36,367 nucleotides of DNA from Spirochaetia bacterium (GTDB lineage: Bacteria > Spirochaetota > Spirochaetia > SZUA-6 > Fen-1364): positions 1-36,367 of the forward strand of contig DATKLB010000022.1 of the NCBI GenBank assembly GCA_035542615.1, written 5' to 3'. Within the stretch, counting starts at the first letter, position 1; every line of letters begins with the position of its first letter. The position numbers and the translations under genes are program-made. The notes under the pieces were generated by a model that had not been told where the DNA came from, did no database searches, and saw only the letters and a list, made by a program, of their open reading frames with translations. Positions 16,193 to 24,971 of this stretch are shown here, piece by piece.

Positions 16193-17185
16193 CTACGCTC
16201 TGAGGTAGCTCTCCACGATATCCTGGTATTCGGCGATCGTCTCCGCGTTGATCACGCTCTGGCGGATGACCGCGCCGCTCTCCATTCCTTTCGTGTAGGC
16301 GATGAAATGCTTGCGCATGTCGCGGCAGGCTTTTTGCTCACCCACCGACCTGCTCAGCATGTGGAGGTGCTCCAACGCCGCGGAGAGCCGGGTCCTGGCG
16401 TCGATGGCCGTCGATCTGCCCTCCTGGCGAAGGAGAGCCTCGGTCTGCTGGAAGATGAAGGGATTGCCCAGGCACCCGCGCGCGATCATGACCCCGTCGC
16501 AGCCGGTGTGCTCCAGCATGTCCCGACAGTCGTTCGGACTGAACAGGTCCCCGGACCCGATGACGGGCACCGGGCAGTTCTCCTTCAATGCCCTGATGTG
16601 ATCCAGTCTTGCCTTCCCGCCGAACTCCTGTGCCCGCGTTCGCGGGTGGAGCGTGACAAGCGCCGCGCCTCCGTGCACAGCCTCATCGGCACAGGATTGG
16701 AAACTGACCGATCCCGCATCCCACCCCGAGCGCAACTTCACCGTCACCGGGATCTCCGTCTCCGCCTTCATCGCCCGGACGATCGAGCCGACGAGCCGGG
16801 GGTTGCGCAGGAGGGAGGCTCCGCAGCCGGTTTTCAGGACTTTCGGGACCGAGCAGCCGCAGTTGAGGTCGATGAGGGCGGGTGCCAGCGAGGCGATCCG
16901 CCGCACGGCTGCCGCAGCGGTTCGCTCATCGGAAGCGAAGATCTGAAAACCAGTCAGGACCTCGTTCGGGGCCCGCGTGAGAAGGCGCAGGGAGGTTCCG
17001 TTGTTCCGCGAGAGACCCTCCGCGGATACCATCTCCGTGAAGCACAGCGATGCGCCGAAGCGCACGCACACGGATCGGAAAGCCGCATCCGTGTATCCCG
17101 CCATCGGCGCGAGCCAGACGTTTCCCGGGATCTCCCGGGGACCGATGCGTACGGAGTGAAAGAGGCAGTTAGTCGTGGAGGCCAA
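16193..17185 (-). CDS. dus: tRNA-dihydrouridine synthase
   Basis: VWLAPMAGYTDAAFR, DLNCGC and the surrounding pattern fit a Dus-family TIM barrel. The start is TTG at 17185, which is uncertain. It overlaps the tatD 3' end by 17 nt. Confidence 0.88.
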   Translation of the reverse strand: MASTTNCLFHSVRIGPREIPGNVWLAPMAGYTDAAFRSVCVRFGASLCFTEMVSAEGLSRNNGTSLRLLTRAPNEVLTGFQIFASDERTAAAAVRRIASLAPALIDLNCGCSVPKVLKTGCGASLLRNPRLVGSIVRAMKAETEIPVTVKLRSGWDAGSVSFQSCADEAVHGGAALVTLHPRTRAQEFGGKARLDHIRALKENCPVPVIGSGDLFSPNDCRDMLEHTGCDGVMIARGCLGNPFIFQQTEALLRQEGRSTAIDARTRLSAALEHLHMLSRSVGEQKACRDMRKHFIAYTKGMESGAVIRQSVINAETIAEYQDIVESYLRA

Positions 17186-17942
17186 AGAATGCGAGGCTGT
17201 TGGCGTACAGGGTCTCCGTGATCGCCTCCACGGGAACCTCCCGCAGCTGCGCGATGAAGGCCGCGGTTTCGTTGATGTAGGAGGGCTTGTTCCTCTTCCC
17301 CCTGTGCACGGCCGGGACCATGAAGGGAGCTTCGCTCTCGATGAGCATCCTTTCGACGGGGATCTTCCGCGCCGTGTCCTGCAGGTTGCGGGCGTTCCTG
17401 TATGTCACATTGCCGGCGAACGAGATCCAGAGGTTCAGCTCGAGCGCCTTCTTTGCGTACTCGTAGTCCTCGGAGTAGCAGTGGAGGATCCCTCCCCTGC
17501 GAGGCAGCCGCTCGCGAAGGATCTCCAGGACGTCCGACCCCGCGTCCCGGTTGTGGATGATCACCGGCAGGGACAGCTTCTCCGCGAGCTCGAGCTGCCG
17601 TATGAACAGCTCCACCTGGGAGTCGCGGTCTCCAAACTTCCGGTAATAGTCCAGACCGATCTCGCCGATGGCCACGACCCTCTCCAGCCGCGTTCCTTCC
17701 TGGATCTTGGCCTCCCAGTCGTCGCCGGGCTGCACAACCGACGAAGGGGAGATGCCGATACTATGATAGACGTTTGTTTCGGTTTTCAGGTTCGCGAACA
17801 GCTGGGCAAAGTCGATGAGGTTGTTGGAGACTGTCACAAGATGCTGGACACCTTCCTGCCTCGCCTCCTGCACGACGATGAGCTGGTCGATCGGGTCTTC
17901 GGTTATGAGGCCCAGGTGGGCGTGCGTGTCGAAGTATCGCAT
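17169..17942 (-). CDS. tatD: TatD-family metal-dependent hydrolase/DNase
   Basis: MRYFDTHAHL, GEIGLDYY, PVIIHNRDA, GILHCYS and ESEAPF are TatD motifs. Confidence 0.9.
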   Translation of the reverse strand: MRYFDTHAHLGLITEDPIDQLIVVQEARQEGVQHLVTVSNNLIDFAQLFANLKTETNVYHSIGISPSSVVQPGDDWEAKIQEGTRLERVVAIGEIGLDYYRKFGDRDSQVELFIRQLELAEKLSLPVIIHNRDAGSDVLEILRERLPRRGGILHCYSEDYEYAKKALELNLWISFAGNVTYRNARNLQDTARKIPVERMLIESEAPFMVPAVHRGKRNKPSYINETAAFIAQLREVPVEAITETLYANSLAFFGLHD

Positions 17943-18000
17943 ATGTCTCCGTTGGGTTTGCGTTTCGAAAGAGTTTCTGTTCTTCTTCCGATTTTTCTAG

Positions 18001-18029
18001 AGGATATCATGGGGCAGGAAGCAAGTCAA
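18001..18029 (-). promoter_or_regulatory. Candidate promoter for tatD-dus (TTGACT-17-TATCCT on the minus strand)
   Basis: The plus strand reads aggata at 18001-18006 and agtcaa at 18024-18029, about 60 nt upstream of the tatD ATG. Confidence 0.3.
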
Positions 18030-18048
18030 ATTCTATTTCCCAGAGGTC

Positions 18049-18071
18049 CGGGGCCGTTCGCCCCGTTTTTT
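18049..18071 (+). terminator. Terminator-like hairpin plus T6 with no upstream plus-strand gene
   Basis: CGGGGC-CGTTC-GCCCCG (6-bp GC stem) is followed by TTTTTT. It sits in the tatD/M23 divergent spacer. Confidence 0.35.
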
Positions 18072-18117
18072 GGGCGCCATTTCGCCGTTGCTCAAAGCGA
18101 CCCGTGGCTCGTGAGGC

Positions 18118-18163
18118 TCGGAAGGCATCGGAAGGCTGCACCGGGAAGGTCCGGAAGGCTGCC
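18118..18163 (+). repeat. Four phased GGAAGG(C) direct repeats (two ~23-nt units) abutting the -35 of the M23 operon promoter
   Basis: The sequence is TCGGAAGGCATCGGAAGGCTGCA / CCGGGAAGGTCCGGAAGGCTGCC. Copies begin near 18119, 18129, 18142 and 18152. Confidence 0.6.
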
Positions 18164-18167
18164 TGGT

Positions 18168-18196
18168 TTGACAAGGAATACCCCCTATGGTAGTAT
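18168..18196 (+). promoter_or_regulatory. Near-consensus sigma70-type promoter (TTGACA-17-TAGTAT) for the M23-bactofilin-DUF327-ricT operon
   Basis: -35 TTGACA is at 18168-18173 and -10 TAGTAT at 18191-18196, about 57 nt upstream of the TTG start at 18253. Confidence 0.5.
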
Positions 18197-18252
18197 GTGC
18201 ACGAATTTCTTATACTAGTGGAGCGAGACCATAGCGTAAGAAGGAAGAAGAC

Positions 18253-19296
18253 TTGCCGGTTAGCCAATATAAGAAGGTCGAGAAGCAGTTCGCCGACAGG
18301 TTCGGGTCATGGCTGCGGCGGATATGGGTCTCGATCCTCAACTTTTTCAAACATACGGTACAAAAAGGGAAACAGCGCTTCACGGTTATGCTGATTCCCC
18401 ACTCAGAGAAGAAGATCTTCAATTTTCAGATCTCCTTCTTCACTCTCATCTTTGTCACGTTGACCCTTGGTGTGGTGCTGGTCGGCTTCTTCCTGCTGGC
18501 CACGAACTACACCTATACGAATGAGAAGATCACGAGGGTCTCCCAGGACCTCCAGAGCAACGAAGCGACCATGGAGAACTTGAAGGATGAAATCTCCGGC
18601 GTGCGCAAAGCGGGGCGGACTTTCAAGGCGAGCATGGACAACGTGATGAGGGTCATCGGAAACCAGGACTACCTCAACGCGGCAGACACTCCGGCGGTCG
18701 GCGCTCGATACCTTTCCGCGGAAGATCCTCCCCATGGCGGGAACAACAAGGAGTTGGCGGATCTGAAGAGCATGACGCGCTTGATGGAGAGCTCTGTCGA
18801 GCCCCTTGACGAGGTCAACAAGGTGCTGAGCGCGTACAGGGACCTGCTCGCTGACACGCCGACCTTGTGGCCGCTGAAGGGGGTACACGGCAATATCACG
18901 ACCCGCTTCGGCTGGACGATCCATCCTTTCACCCACCTCGGATACCTCCACACCGGGGTCGACATAGCCTGGGCCCTCGGGACTCCGGTGGAGGCAACGG
19001 CGAACGGCACCGTGGTGCAGACAGGATACACGGATGACGCGGGCTGGTTCATAGCGATCCAGCACAAGTACGGCTTTACGACGAGGTACCTCCACCTCCT
19101 TCGCTACGTCAAGTACAAGGGCGACCATGTGAACCGCGGAGACACGATCGGCTACATCGGGAATACCGGACTTTCGACCGGCCCGCACCTTCACTACGAG
19201 GTTCGGCTGGGAGCCAACTATGTGGACCCGATGAATTTCCTCCTGATAACGCCGGACATTGCTGGCGCAAGGGTCAGCGGAAGGGGAACCGATTGA
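18253..19296 (+). CDS. M23-family (LytM-type) metallopeptidase with an N-terminal membrane anchor
   Basis: TTG start after AAGGAAGAAG. Has a TM segment FFTLIFVTLTLGVVLVGFFLL, a coiled region, and catalytic HTGVDIA ... GNTGLSTGPHLHYEV. Confidence 0.85.
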   Translation: MPVSQYKKVEKQFADRFGSWLRRIWVSILNFFKHTVQKGKQRFTVMLIPHSEKKIFNFQISFFTLIFVTLTLGVVLVGFFLLATNYTYTNEKITRVSQDLQSNEATMENLKDEISGVRKAGRTFKASMDNVMRVIGNQDYLNAADTPAVGARYLSAEDPPHGGNNKELADLKSMTRLMESSVEPLDEVNKVLSAYRDLLADTPTLWPLKGVHGNITTRFGWTIHPFTHLGYLHTGVDIAWALGTPVEATANGTVVQTGYTDDAGWFIAIQHKYGFTTRYLHLLRYVKYKGDHVNRGDTIGYIGNTGLSTGPHLHYEVRLGANYVDPMNFLLITPDIAGARVSGRGTD

Positions 19297-19736
19297 GCGA
19301 TGCCCGTGTTGCCGATGACGCCTTCATAAACTCGATCATTGGAGAAGGCACGAGGTTCAAGGGGGAGTTCGATCTGAACGGCCTTCTGCGGATCGACGGA
19401 GACTTCACGGGAGTGATCCGCACGAGGGGGAAAGTGCTCGTCGGCCAGAACGGCCGGGCGGAATGCACCCTCCACGCGGGCACCGTCGTCGTCGGCGGCG
19501 TCCTGCGCGGAGAGATCGTCTCCACCGAGAAGGTGATCATCCTGTCCACGGGCCTGGTGCTGGGCAACATTTCGACCCCCCGGCTCATCGTGGAGGAGGG
19601 GGTCATCTTCAACGGGTCGTGCAGGATAACGACCCCCGCGGTGGAGGTGCCCCGCGCTGGCTCGTCAAACGGGCAGAGGCCGGGGGCAGCCGCGGCGCAC
19701 ACAGAAGCGCCCGCGCTGCAGGGGCAGAAGCGCTGA
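19293..19736 (+). CDS. Bactofilin (polymer-forming cytoskeletal protein, DUF583)
   Basis: Repetitive beta-helix pattern IIGEGTRFKGEFDLNGLLRIDGDFTGVIRTRGKVLVGQNGRAECTLHAGTVVVGGVLRGEI... The TTG start overlaps the M23 stop (TTGA). Confidence 0.85.
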   Translation: MSDARVADDAFINSIIGEGTRFKGEFDLNGLLRIDGDFTGVIRTRGKVLVGQNGRAECTLHAGTVVVGGVLRGEIVSTEKVIILSTGLVLGNISTPRLIVEEGVIFNGSCRITTPAVEVPRAGSSNGQRPGAAAAHTEAPALQGQKR

Positions 19737-19746
19737 AGGGCGCTTC

Positions 19747-20232
19747 ATGGCGAGAATCGACTCGCTCGGGGAATCTCCGTCCTGGCTCGTTCCTGAGAAA
19801 AAAAAGGCGGGAAAGAAAGACAAGGCCCGGCGCAGGACCTTCTCCGAGCTCGTCGAGTCGGCTGCCGAGGGAGGAGAGGCTTCCGCGGACGATCTTTCGC
19901 GCTCAGAAAGCAAGCGGGGGATCGATGAGCTTCTGGATGGCGTCTTTTCCGCCGGAGATGCCTTGAAAAAGGCACCGACCCTGGAGACGATCCGCGACTA
20001 TCGCCGGAGGGTGAAGGACTTCGTCCGATTTGTCGTAAGCCATTCCGTCGCGGTGGAGGAGACGACCTCGGGCGCGACCATTCTGAAGCGAAAGCGATTT
20101 ACCCTCGTCAGGGTGATCGATGAGAAAATCGAGGCCCTCGCGGCCTCGGTTCTTGCGGGGCAGAAGGAGCAGCTGTCCATCCTGGCGCAGATCGACCAGA
20201 TCAACGGGCTGCTCGTCGACCTGGTTTCCTGA
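19747..20232 (+). CDS. DUF327 (YaaR-like) family protein
   Basis: Has a Lys/Arg-rich N-terminus, then LETIRDYRRRVKDFVRFVV...KRKRFTLVRVIDEKIEALA...QIDQINGLLVDL, which fits my recollection of the YaaR/DUF327 family. Confidence 0.7.
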   Translation: MARIDSLGESPSWLVPEKKKAGKKDKARRRTFSELVESAAEGGEASADDLSRSESKRGIDELLDGVFSAGDALKKAPTLETIRDYRRRVKDFVRFVVSHSVAVEETTSGATILKRKRFTLVRVIDEKIEALAASVLAGQKEQLSILAQIDQINGLLVDLVS

Positions 20233-20258
20233 CGCTCGACACGGAGGAGCGAACGCAC

Positions 20259-21203
20259 ATGGGCGATCATGAGGACATCATCATCGAGGACACTCTCGTC
20301 GAAGATGCAGCCGAGGCCGCCCCCGCCGCAGCGCCGGTGAAGCTGGAAGGAAAGACCGTATGGCGTGTGAAGGTCCTGTACTCCAGCTCGACAGAGTTCT
20401 GCGAGGCTCCTCCGGGGCTGGATGCGAAGGTGGGGGACCTTGTTGTGATCCCGACGCGCTACGGCAACGAGCTGGGGAGGATCCTGGGCAGGGAAATCGA
20501 TCCCTCGGCGATCACGAGCGAGCTCCGCACGATCGTACGCGCGGCAAGCGCCGGCGATCTCCTTCTGGTCGAGGAGAATGACACGCGGGAGGAGAGGGCC
20601 TTCGAGACCTGCCGGGAGAAGATCGAGGCTCGCGGCCTGTCGATGAAGCTTGTCAGCGCGCACTATATTCTCGACGAGCAGAAGATCCTCTTTTTCTTTA
20701 CTGCCGAGAACCGGGTTGATTTCCGCGAGCTCGTGCGGGACCTTGTCGCGGTCTTCAAGATGCGCATCGAGCTGCGCCAGATCGGCGTTCGCGACGAGGC
20801 GCGCGTGGTGGGCGGGCTCGGCATCTGCGGACGGGCGTTGTGCTGCAACGCGGTCACGGACAGGCTCCGCCCGGTGTCGATCAAGATGGCCAAGGAGCAG
20901 AACCTGACGCTGAACTCAATGAAGATCTCGGGTCCCTGCGGTCGTCTCCTGTGCTGCCTGTCCTATGAGTTCGACACCTACCGGGAAATCCGCCAGGGAC
21001 TCCCGGGAATGGGTACGAGGGTGCAGTTCGATGGAGAGGAGTTCAAGGTCACTGACATGAACGTCCTCACCCGCCGGTTGCGCCTCCAGGGACAGAGCGG
21101 ACGCGTCCTCGACGTGGGTTTCGACGCCTTGTCCCGCAATCAGCAGACACAAGGCTGGGAGCTGCACGTGCGGGCCGGAAGCGACTCCGAGGAGACTCGC
21201 TAG
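20259..21203 (+). CDS. ricT: PSP1-domain protein RicT/YaaT-like
   Basis: RIELRQIGVRDEARVVGGLGICGRALCCN...SIKMAKEQNLTLNSMKISGPCGRLLCCLSYE is the PSP1 C-terminal domain with its conserved Cys clusters. Confidence 0.85.
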   Translation: MGDHEDIIIEDTLVEDAAEAAPAAAPVKLEGKTVWRVKVLYSSSTEFCEAPPGLDAKVGDLVVIPTRYGNELGRILGREIDPSAITSELRTIVRAASAGDLLLVEENDTREERAFETCREKIEARGLSMKLVSAHYILDEQKILFFFTAENRVDFRELVRDLVAVFKMRIELRQIGVRDEARVVGGLGICGRALCCNAVTDRLRPVSIKMAKEQNLTLNSMKISGPCGRLLCCLSYEFDTYREIRQGLPGMGTRVQFDGEEFKVTDMNVLTRRLRLQGQSGRVLDVGFDALSRNQQTQGWELHVRAGSDSEETR

Positions 21204-22609
21204 GAAGTCACCTTTTCGCCTTTTGCCAGCGCTTCCAGCTTCTCGAGCATCTTCGTCAGCTGCTGCCGTCCGATGGCGAAATCGTTCTTCCCATTGAGGA
21301 AGACCGCGTCGAAGTCCCTGTCATAGCGGGCATACGTGATTGTGGCTGTCCTCGACAGTCCCTTGTTGAGGAAAAACCGCACGGTCACATCAGGGGTCTC
21401 GGGGACTTTCCGCGCCGCCTCGCCCTCCACCTGCATGCCGACGAGCTGCTGGTAGAAAGCTTTGAAGGAGTCTTCCTCCACGGTTTTCCCGTCAACGGAA
21501 TACGTTGCCTCAACGGTGGCCTTTTCCCCCGCCTTCTCCGCCTTCTTTGTCACTCGCGCGATCGCCAGGGAATGCGAAGCGCCTTCGCTCGAGATGTCGA
21601 TCCTGTCCACGTCGTCGATGTTGGGGATGAAGACGAACTTGTCCACGATGTCCCAGGGAGTCGTTTTCAGGAACGAGAGGCTGCTTGTGGTGGTTGTGTA
21701 GACGGCTGGCCTCCCGCGAATGCTGAAATAAGTCTTGTCAGGGCCGGCCTCCGAGCCGATCAGAAAGTCCAGGGTGTTTGACGCGTCACGGACGATGACC
21801 TCGGCCCGCGGCGTGGCCAGGCCATAAGGGGCCAGATTCTTCGGAGCGTCGTTGACAAAAGAGGAGATCTGGATCTGCTGGGGTCCCTTGATGAGCTGGT
21901 CCTGCTTCTCCGAATCGACGCCCCGGGGGTACGAGTATGGCCGGGTCATGAGGTAGCGGCTGAAACCGAGCTGGAAAGTCTTGTTCTGCTCCTCCGTCTT
22001 CTGCTTCAGCTCAATCACCGGGCCGTCCGCCCGCGAGAGGCGAAAATACGTGATCTTGTCGTAGGCGATTTCGGGGCTGATTCTCTTATCCCGCAGATCC
22101 GCGAGCCTCCAGTGCATCTGCTCGCCATGGTTCGTCCAAACCGTATAGACCTTCGCGTCGCCTTTCACTTGCAGGTAGTATGCGTTTCCCGTCGGGGTCT
22201 TGTCGCCCAGGAGAAGCGTTTTTGTCGTGCCATCGCTGAAGAACGCCTCCCCGACTGCCCGGGGAGGCGCGAGCCCATACTGCGCGAGGTCAGCGGGCTT
22301 CTCATCGATCACCCGCTCCGCAGTCAGGGACGTGAAAGTCAGCACAATGTCATCGAGGTTCGACTGATCGAGGGCAAACTGCCGGGAGGAGTCCACCGAC
22401 CACGACTTTCCCTTCTTCTCGAGCGTCAGCGTGCCCTCCGCCCTGTCGCTGAGGACGATCTTCATGAGCTTGTCCTTGTCCGCCGAGATGAGCGCGGGTG
22501 CGGTGCTCGCCGCCTTGACCGGACGCGGTCGTGTCACAACGAGGTAGGCGCCCACCAGCCCCGCAAGCACGACCAGCACGATGCCAAGTGTCAAGAGACG
22601 CCTCTTCAT
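21200..22609 (-). CDS. DUF4340-domain protein (accessory to a GldG-type ABC system)
   Basis: I prefer ATG 22609 (AGGAGGG RBS). It has the single N-terminal TM MKRRLLTLGIVLVVLAGLVGAYLV and a long periplasmic region. It is the last gene of the ABC operon. Confidence 0.7.
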   Translation of the reverse strand: MKRRLLTLGIVLVVLAGLVGAYLVVTRPRPVKAASTAPALISADKDKLMKIVLSDRAEGTLTLEKKGKSWSVDSSRQFALDQSNLDDIVLTFTSLTAERVIDEKPADLAQYGLAPPRAVGEAFFSDGTTKTLLLGDKTPTGNAYYLQVKGDAKVYTVWTNHGEQMHWRLADLRDKRISPEIAYDKITYFRLSRADGPVIELKQKTEEQNKTFQLGFSRYLMTRPYSYPRGVDSEKQDQLIKGPQQIQISSFVNDAPKNLAPYGLATPRAEVIVRDASNTLDFLIGSEAGPDKTYFSIRGRPAVYTTTTSSLSFLKTTPWDIVDKFVFIPNIDDVDRIDISSEGASHSLAIARVTKKAEKAGEKATVEATYSVDGKTVEEDSFKAFYQQLVGMQVEGEAARKVPETPDVTVRFFLNKGLSRTATITYARYDRDFDAVFLNGKNDFAIGRQQLTKMLEKLEALAKGEKVTS

Positions 22610-22637
22610 GAAACCAACCCTCCTGCCTCTGCGCCGC

Positions 22638-24086
22638 TCACAGGTGCCGTCTTCTGATCCACACAAAGAATCCCGCTCCCAGGACGAGGAGAGGCATGAC
22701 GATCACGACCAGGCCCGAGAACAGCAGCGCCTGGAGGCTGTTGAGCGCAAGTCGCATCGTGAGCATGCTCTTGGGCCGCACCGTGATTTCGTCCGTCTTG
22801 CCCTTGAGCCATCCGAGGTCGTTCAGGAAGAAGTCGAGGTTTCCCGGAATCTGGGAGGACAAAGACTGCGCGAGGAACCGCGCGGAGGCAATCACGACGA
22901 GCCGAGTGTCCTTCCCGCTCGCGTCGCTGGCCGGGTCCGTGATCGCCACGGCAAGGGTGAAGGGACCCTGCGCATCGCCCTTCTGCTTCGAGAGCGTCGT
23001 GATGTTCTCGATGTCTTTCTTCCCCCAGGAATTGTCCGTGGTGCTGAGCAAGGGCTCGACCTTCAACGATCTCTTCTTCAGGGCGAGGGTCTCGATGGAT
23101 CCCGAGAACGGCATCAGGATGGCCAGATTGCCGGTGCGCAGAGGCGAAAGGATATCATGGTATTCCAGCTTCGGGATCAGGTACATCGGGTTGCCCGCCG
23201 CCACGTTGTTCTGGCTGCCCTCGACAACCACCATGCTGCGCACCGCGATCCCGTAGCTCTTCATCAGCCCTGCCAGGTTTGGAAACTCATTATCGCTCGA
23301 CAGGATGTCGAAGACGAAGACGGCGCGTCCCCCGTTGGCGAGATAGGCCCTGATCTTGGCATCATCGTCGCTGGAGATGTCCTTCTTCGGAGCGAGGACG
23401 AGGAGGATGTCGGCACCCGCGGGAACCGAGGGCGTGGTGAGCAGCGTGAGCGGTTTCACCTCGTAGTTCTCGTTGCCGACCGCCGTCGAGAGCCCGAGTG
23501 AATCGAGGGTCTGCTCACCGTGTCCCTGGAGCACGTCAATGGTCACGTTTTTGGCGGCAGTCACGTACAGCAGAGCCGACGTGACTCTCTGCTCGACGGA
23601 GAGCGAGGTCAGGGTCGGCTCCTGGTTCGGGTTGGAGTAGTCGTAGTTGTACATGTCGTACTGGCCAATGGTCTTGAACCTCTGCCCGCTCGCCACGACG
23701 ACTGACCCAGCCCCGGGCGCTTGTCCGTTGGATGCATACTGCTTTGCCCAGCCGGGATTCCTTTCCGGGTCGATGGTCTGCAGCTTGATACGATGGTTTC
23801 TGGCCGCGTACTTGGCGAGGATCTCCTTTACCGTCGGGTCCTCGCTGCCACCGCGCGCAACCTGAGTGACGGTGACGTCCTGTTTCAATCCGTCAAGCAC
23901 TTTGAAGGTTTCGGGAGACAGCGAGAAGATCTGGTTTTTCGTCAGGTCGAGCTTGCCAGGGATCTGCTGCACCAGGACGTTGATCACAACGATGATGGCC
24001 AGGGTGACCACGACGAGGAGAGTGGCGTAGCCTCCGTAGCGAAGCTTCCTGCTCGAGAGTGAACCGAAGAGGGTCGTTTTTTTCAC
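22638..24086 (-). CDS. GldG-like ABC-transporter auxiliary protein
   Basis: GTG start after GGGAGG. It has N- and C-terminal TM segments. The region LDLTKNQIFSLSPETFKVL... fits my recollection of the GldG/ABC_transp_aux family. Confidence 0.8.
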   Translation of the reverse strand: MKKTTLFGSLSSRKLRYGGYATLLVVVTLAIIVVINVLVQQIPGKLDLTKNQIFSLSPETFKVLDGLKQDVTVTQVARGGSEDPTVKEILAKYAARNHRIKLQTIDPERNPGWAKQYASNGQAPGAGSVVVASGQRFKTIGQYDMYNYDYSNPNQEPTLTSLSVEQRVTSALLYVTAAKNVTIDVLQGHGEQTLDSLGLSTAVGNENYEVKPLTLLTTPSVPAGADILLVLAPKKDISSDDDAKIRAYLANGGRAVFVFDILSSDNEFPNLAGLMKSYGIAVRSMVVVEGSQNNVAAGNPMYLIPKLEYHDILSPLRTGNLAILMPFSGSIETLALKKRSLKVEPLLSTTDNSWGKKDIENITTLSKQKGDAQGPFTLAVAITDPASDASGKDTRLVVIASARFLAQSLSSQIPGNLDFFLNDLGWLKGKTDEITVRPKSMLTMRLALNSLQALLFSGLVVIVMPLLVLGAGFFVWIRRRHL

Positions 24087-24100
24087 GCGCCTTGCCTCCC

Positions 24101-24970
24101 TTATATCCAGCGCCGCCGCTCGATCATCCTCACCGTGAGGAACACGAAGGCGCCGGAGAACGAGATGTAGTAGACGATCGGGGCGAGTCCCAGGACGCCC
24201 ATGCTGAAGTCGTTGTACCTCTTCAGCAGCGAGAACCAGTTGAGGATCCGCGCGATCAGCCCCTCGTAGAATTGCCTGTCCAGGATGAACAGGAGCACGA
24301 GGACGATAGCCGACGCAACGAAGGTCAGGACCGCGGCCGCATTGCTTCGCGTGCTGAAGAACACCAGGGCAACGAGGGCCAGCGCCAGCAGAGCCAGGAA
24401 AACCAGGCCGGAGATGGCGTCACTCGGCACGCTCTGGGCAATGAAATCCAGGATCCAGATGAGGAGCAGAGCGGCGAAAGTCTCTACCGCGGCTATGAGC
24501 TGGTTGTCCGTGAGAGAGGAGAAAAACAGGCCCACCGAGATGAAGGACGATCCCAGAAGGAAGAACCCGACATATCCCCCGAGGATCTCCCACCAGCCCA
24601 GCCCGCCAAGGGCGAAGAAGCTCATGATGATGGGATACACCACGGTGATGACCAGCGTGATCAGGAAGACCCCGACCGCTGCCAGGTACTTGCCGAGCAC
24701 GATGCCCGTTATGCTCAGCGGGCTCGTGATGAGAAGCTGGTCCGTCTTCTGCCGGGTCTCCTCGGAAATCAGCCTCATGGTGAGAATGGGAACCACGAAG
24801 AGAAAGATGAACGTAATCGAGCCGAGCACCCCGGTGTAGTTGGGGTTTCCCGACAGGAGGTTGGAGATTGCAAAGAACACCCCGGCAAGGAGGATGAAGA
24901 AGCCGACGAACGTGAATCCGATGGGGGAGGTGAAGTACGCGCGCAGCTCGCGGCGGAATACTGCCAGCAT
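24101..24970 (-). CDS. ABC-2 type permease (GldF-like)
   Basis: MLAVFRRELRAYFTSPIGFTFVGFFILLAG... with six predicted TM segments. It starts 1 nt after the ATPase stop. Confidence 0.8.
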   Translation of the reverse strand: MLAVFRRELRAYFTSPIGFTFVGFFILLAGVFFAISNLLSGNPNYTGVLGSITFIFLFVVPILTMRLISEETRQKTDQLLITSPLSITGIVLGKYLAAVGVFLITLVITVVYPIIMSFFALGGLGWWEILGGYVGFFLLGSSFISVGLFFSSLTDNQLIAAVETFAALLLIWILDFIAQSVPSDAISGLVFLALLALALVALVFFSTRSNAAAVLTFVASAIVLVLLFILDRQFYEGLIARILNWFSLLKRYNDFSMGVLGLAPIVYYISFSGAFVFLTVRMIERRRWI

Positions 24971-24971
24971 G

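Noticed and set aside
18148-18158. GGTCCGGAAGG resembles the conserved SRP (4.5S) RNA helix-8 segment GGUCCGGAAGGAAGCAGCC.
   Set aside because: The AGCAGCC continuation is missing. The surrounding strand is purine-only with no complementary partner, so no hairpin can form. It is better explained as one of four GGAAGG direct repeats.
19798-19805. The A8 run forms an in-phase A_AAA_AAG slippery heptamer in the DUF327 gene. A second one lies at 30464-30470 in the HAD gene on the minus strand.
   Set aside because: Both simply encode Lys-Lys in Lys-rich segments. There is no convincing downstream stimulatory structure, and the -1 frame gives short meaningless products. Phase variation cannot be excluded, but nothing supports it.
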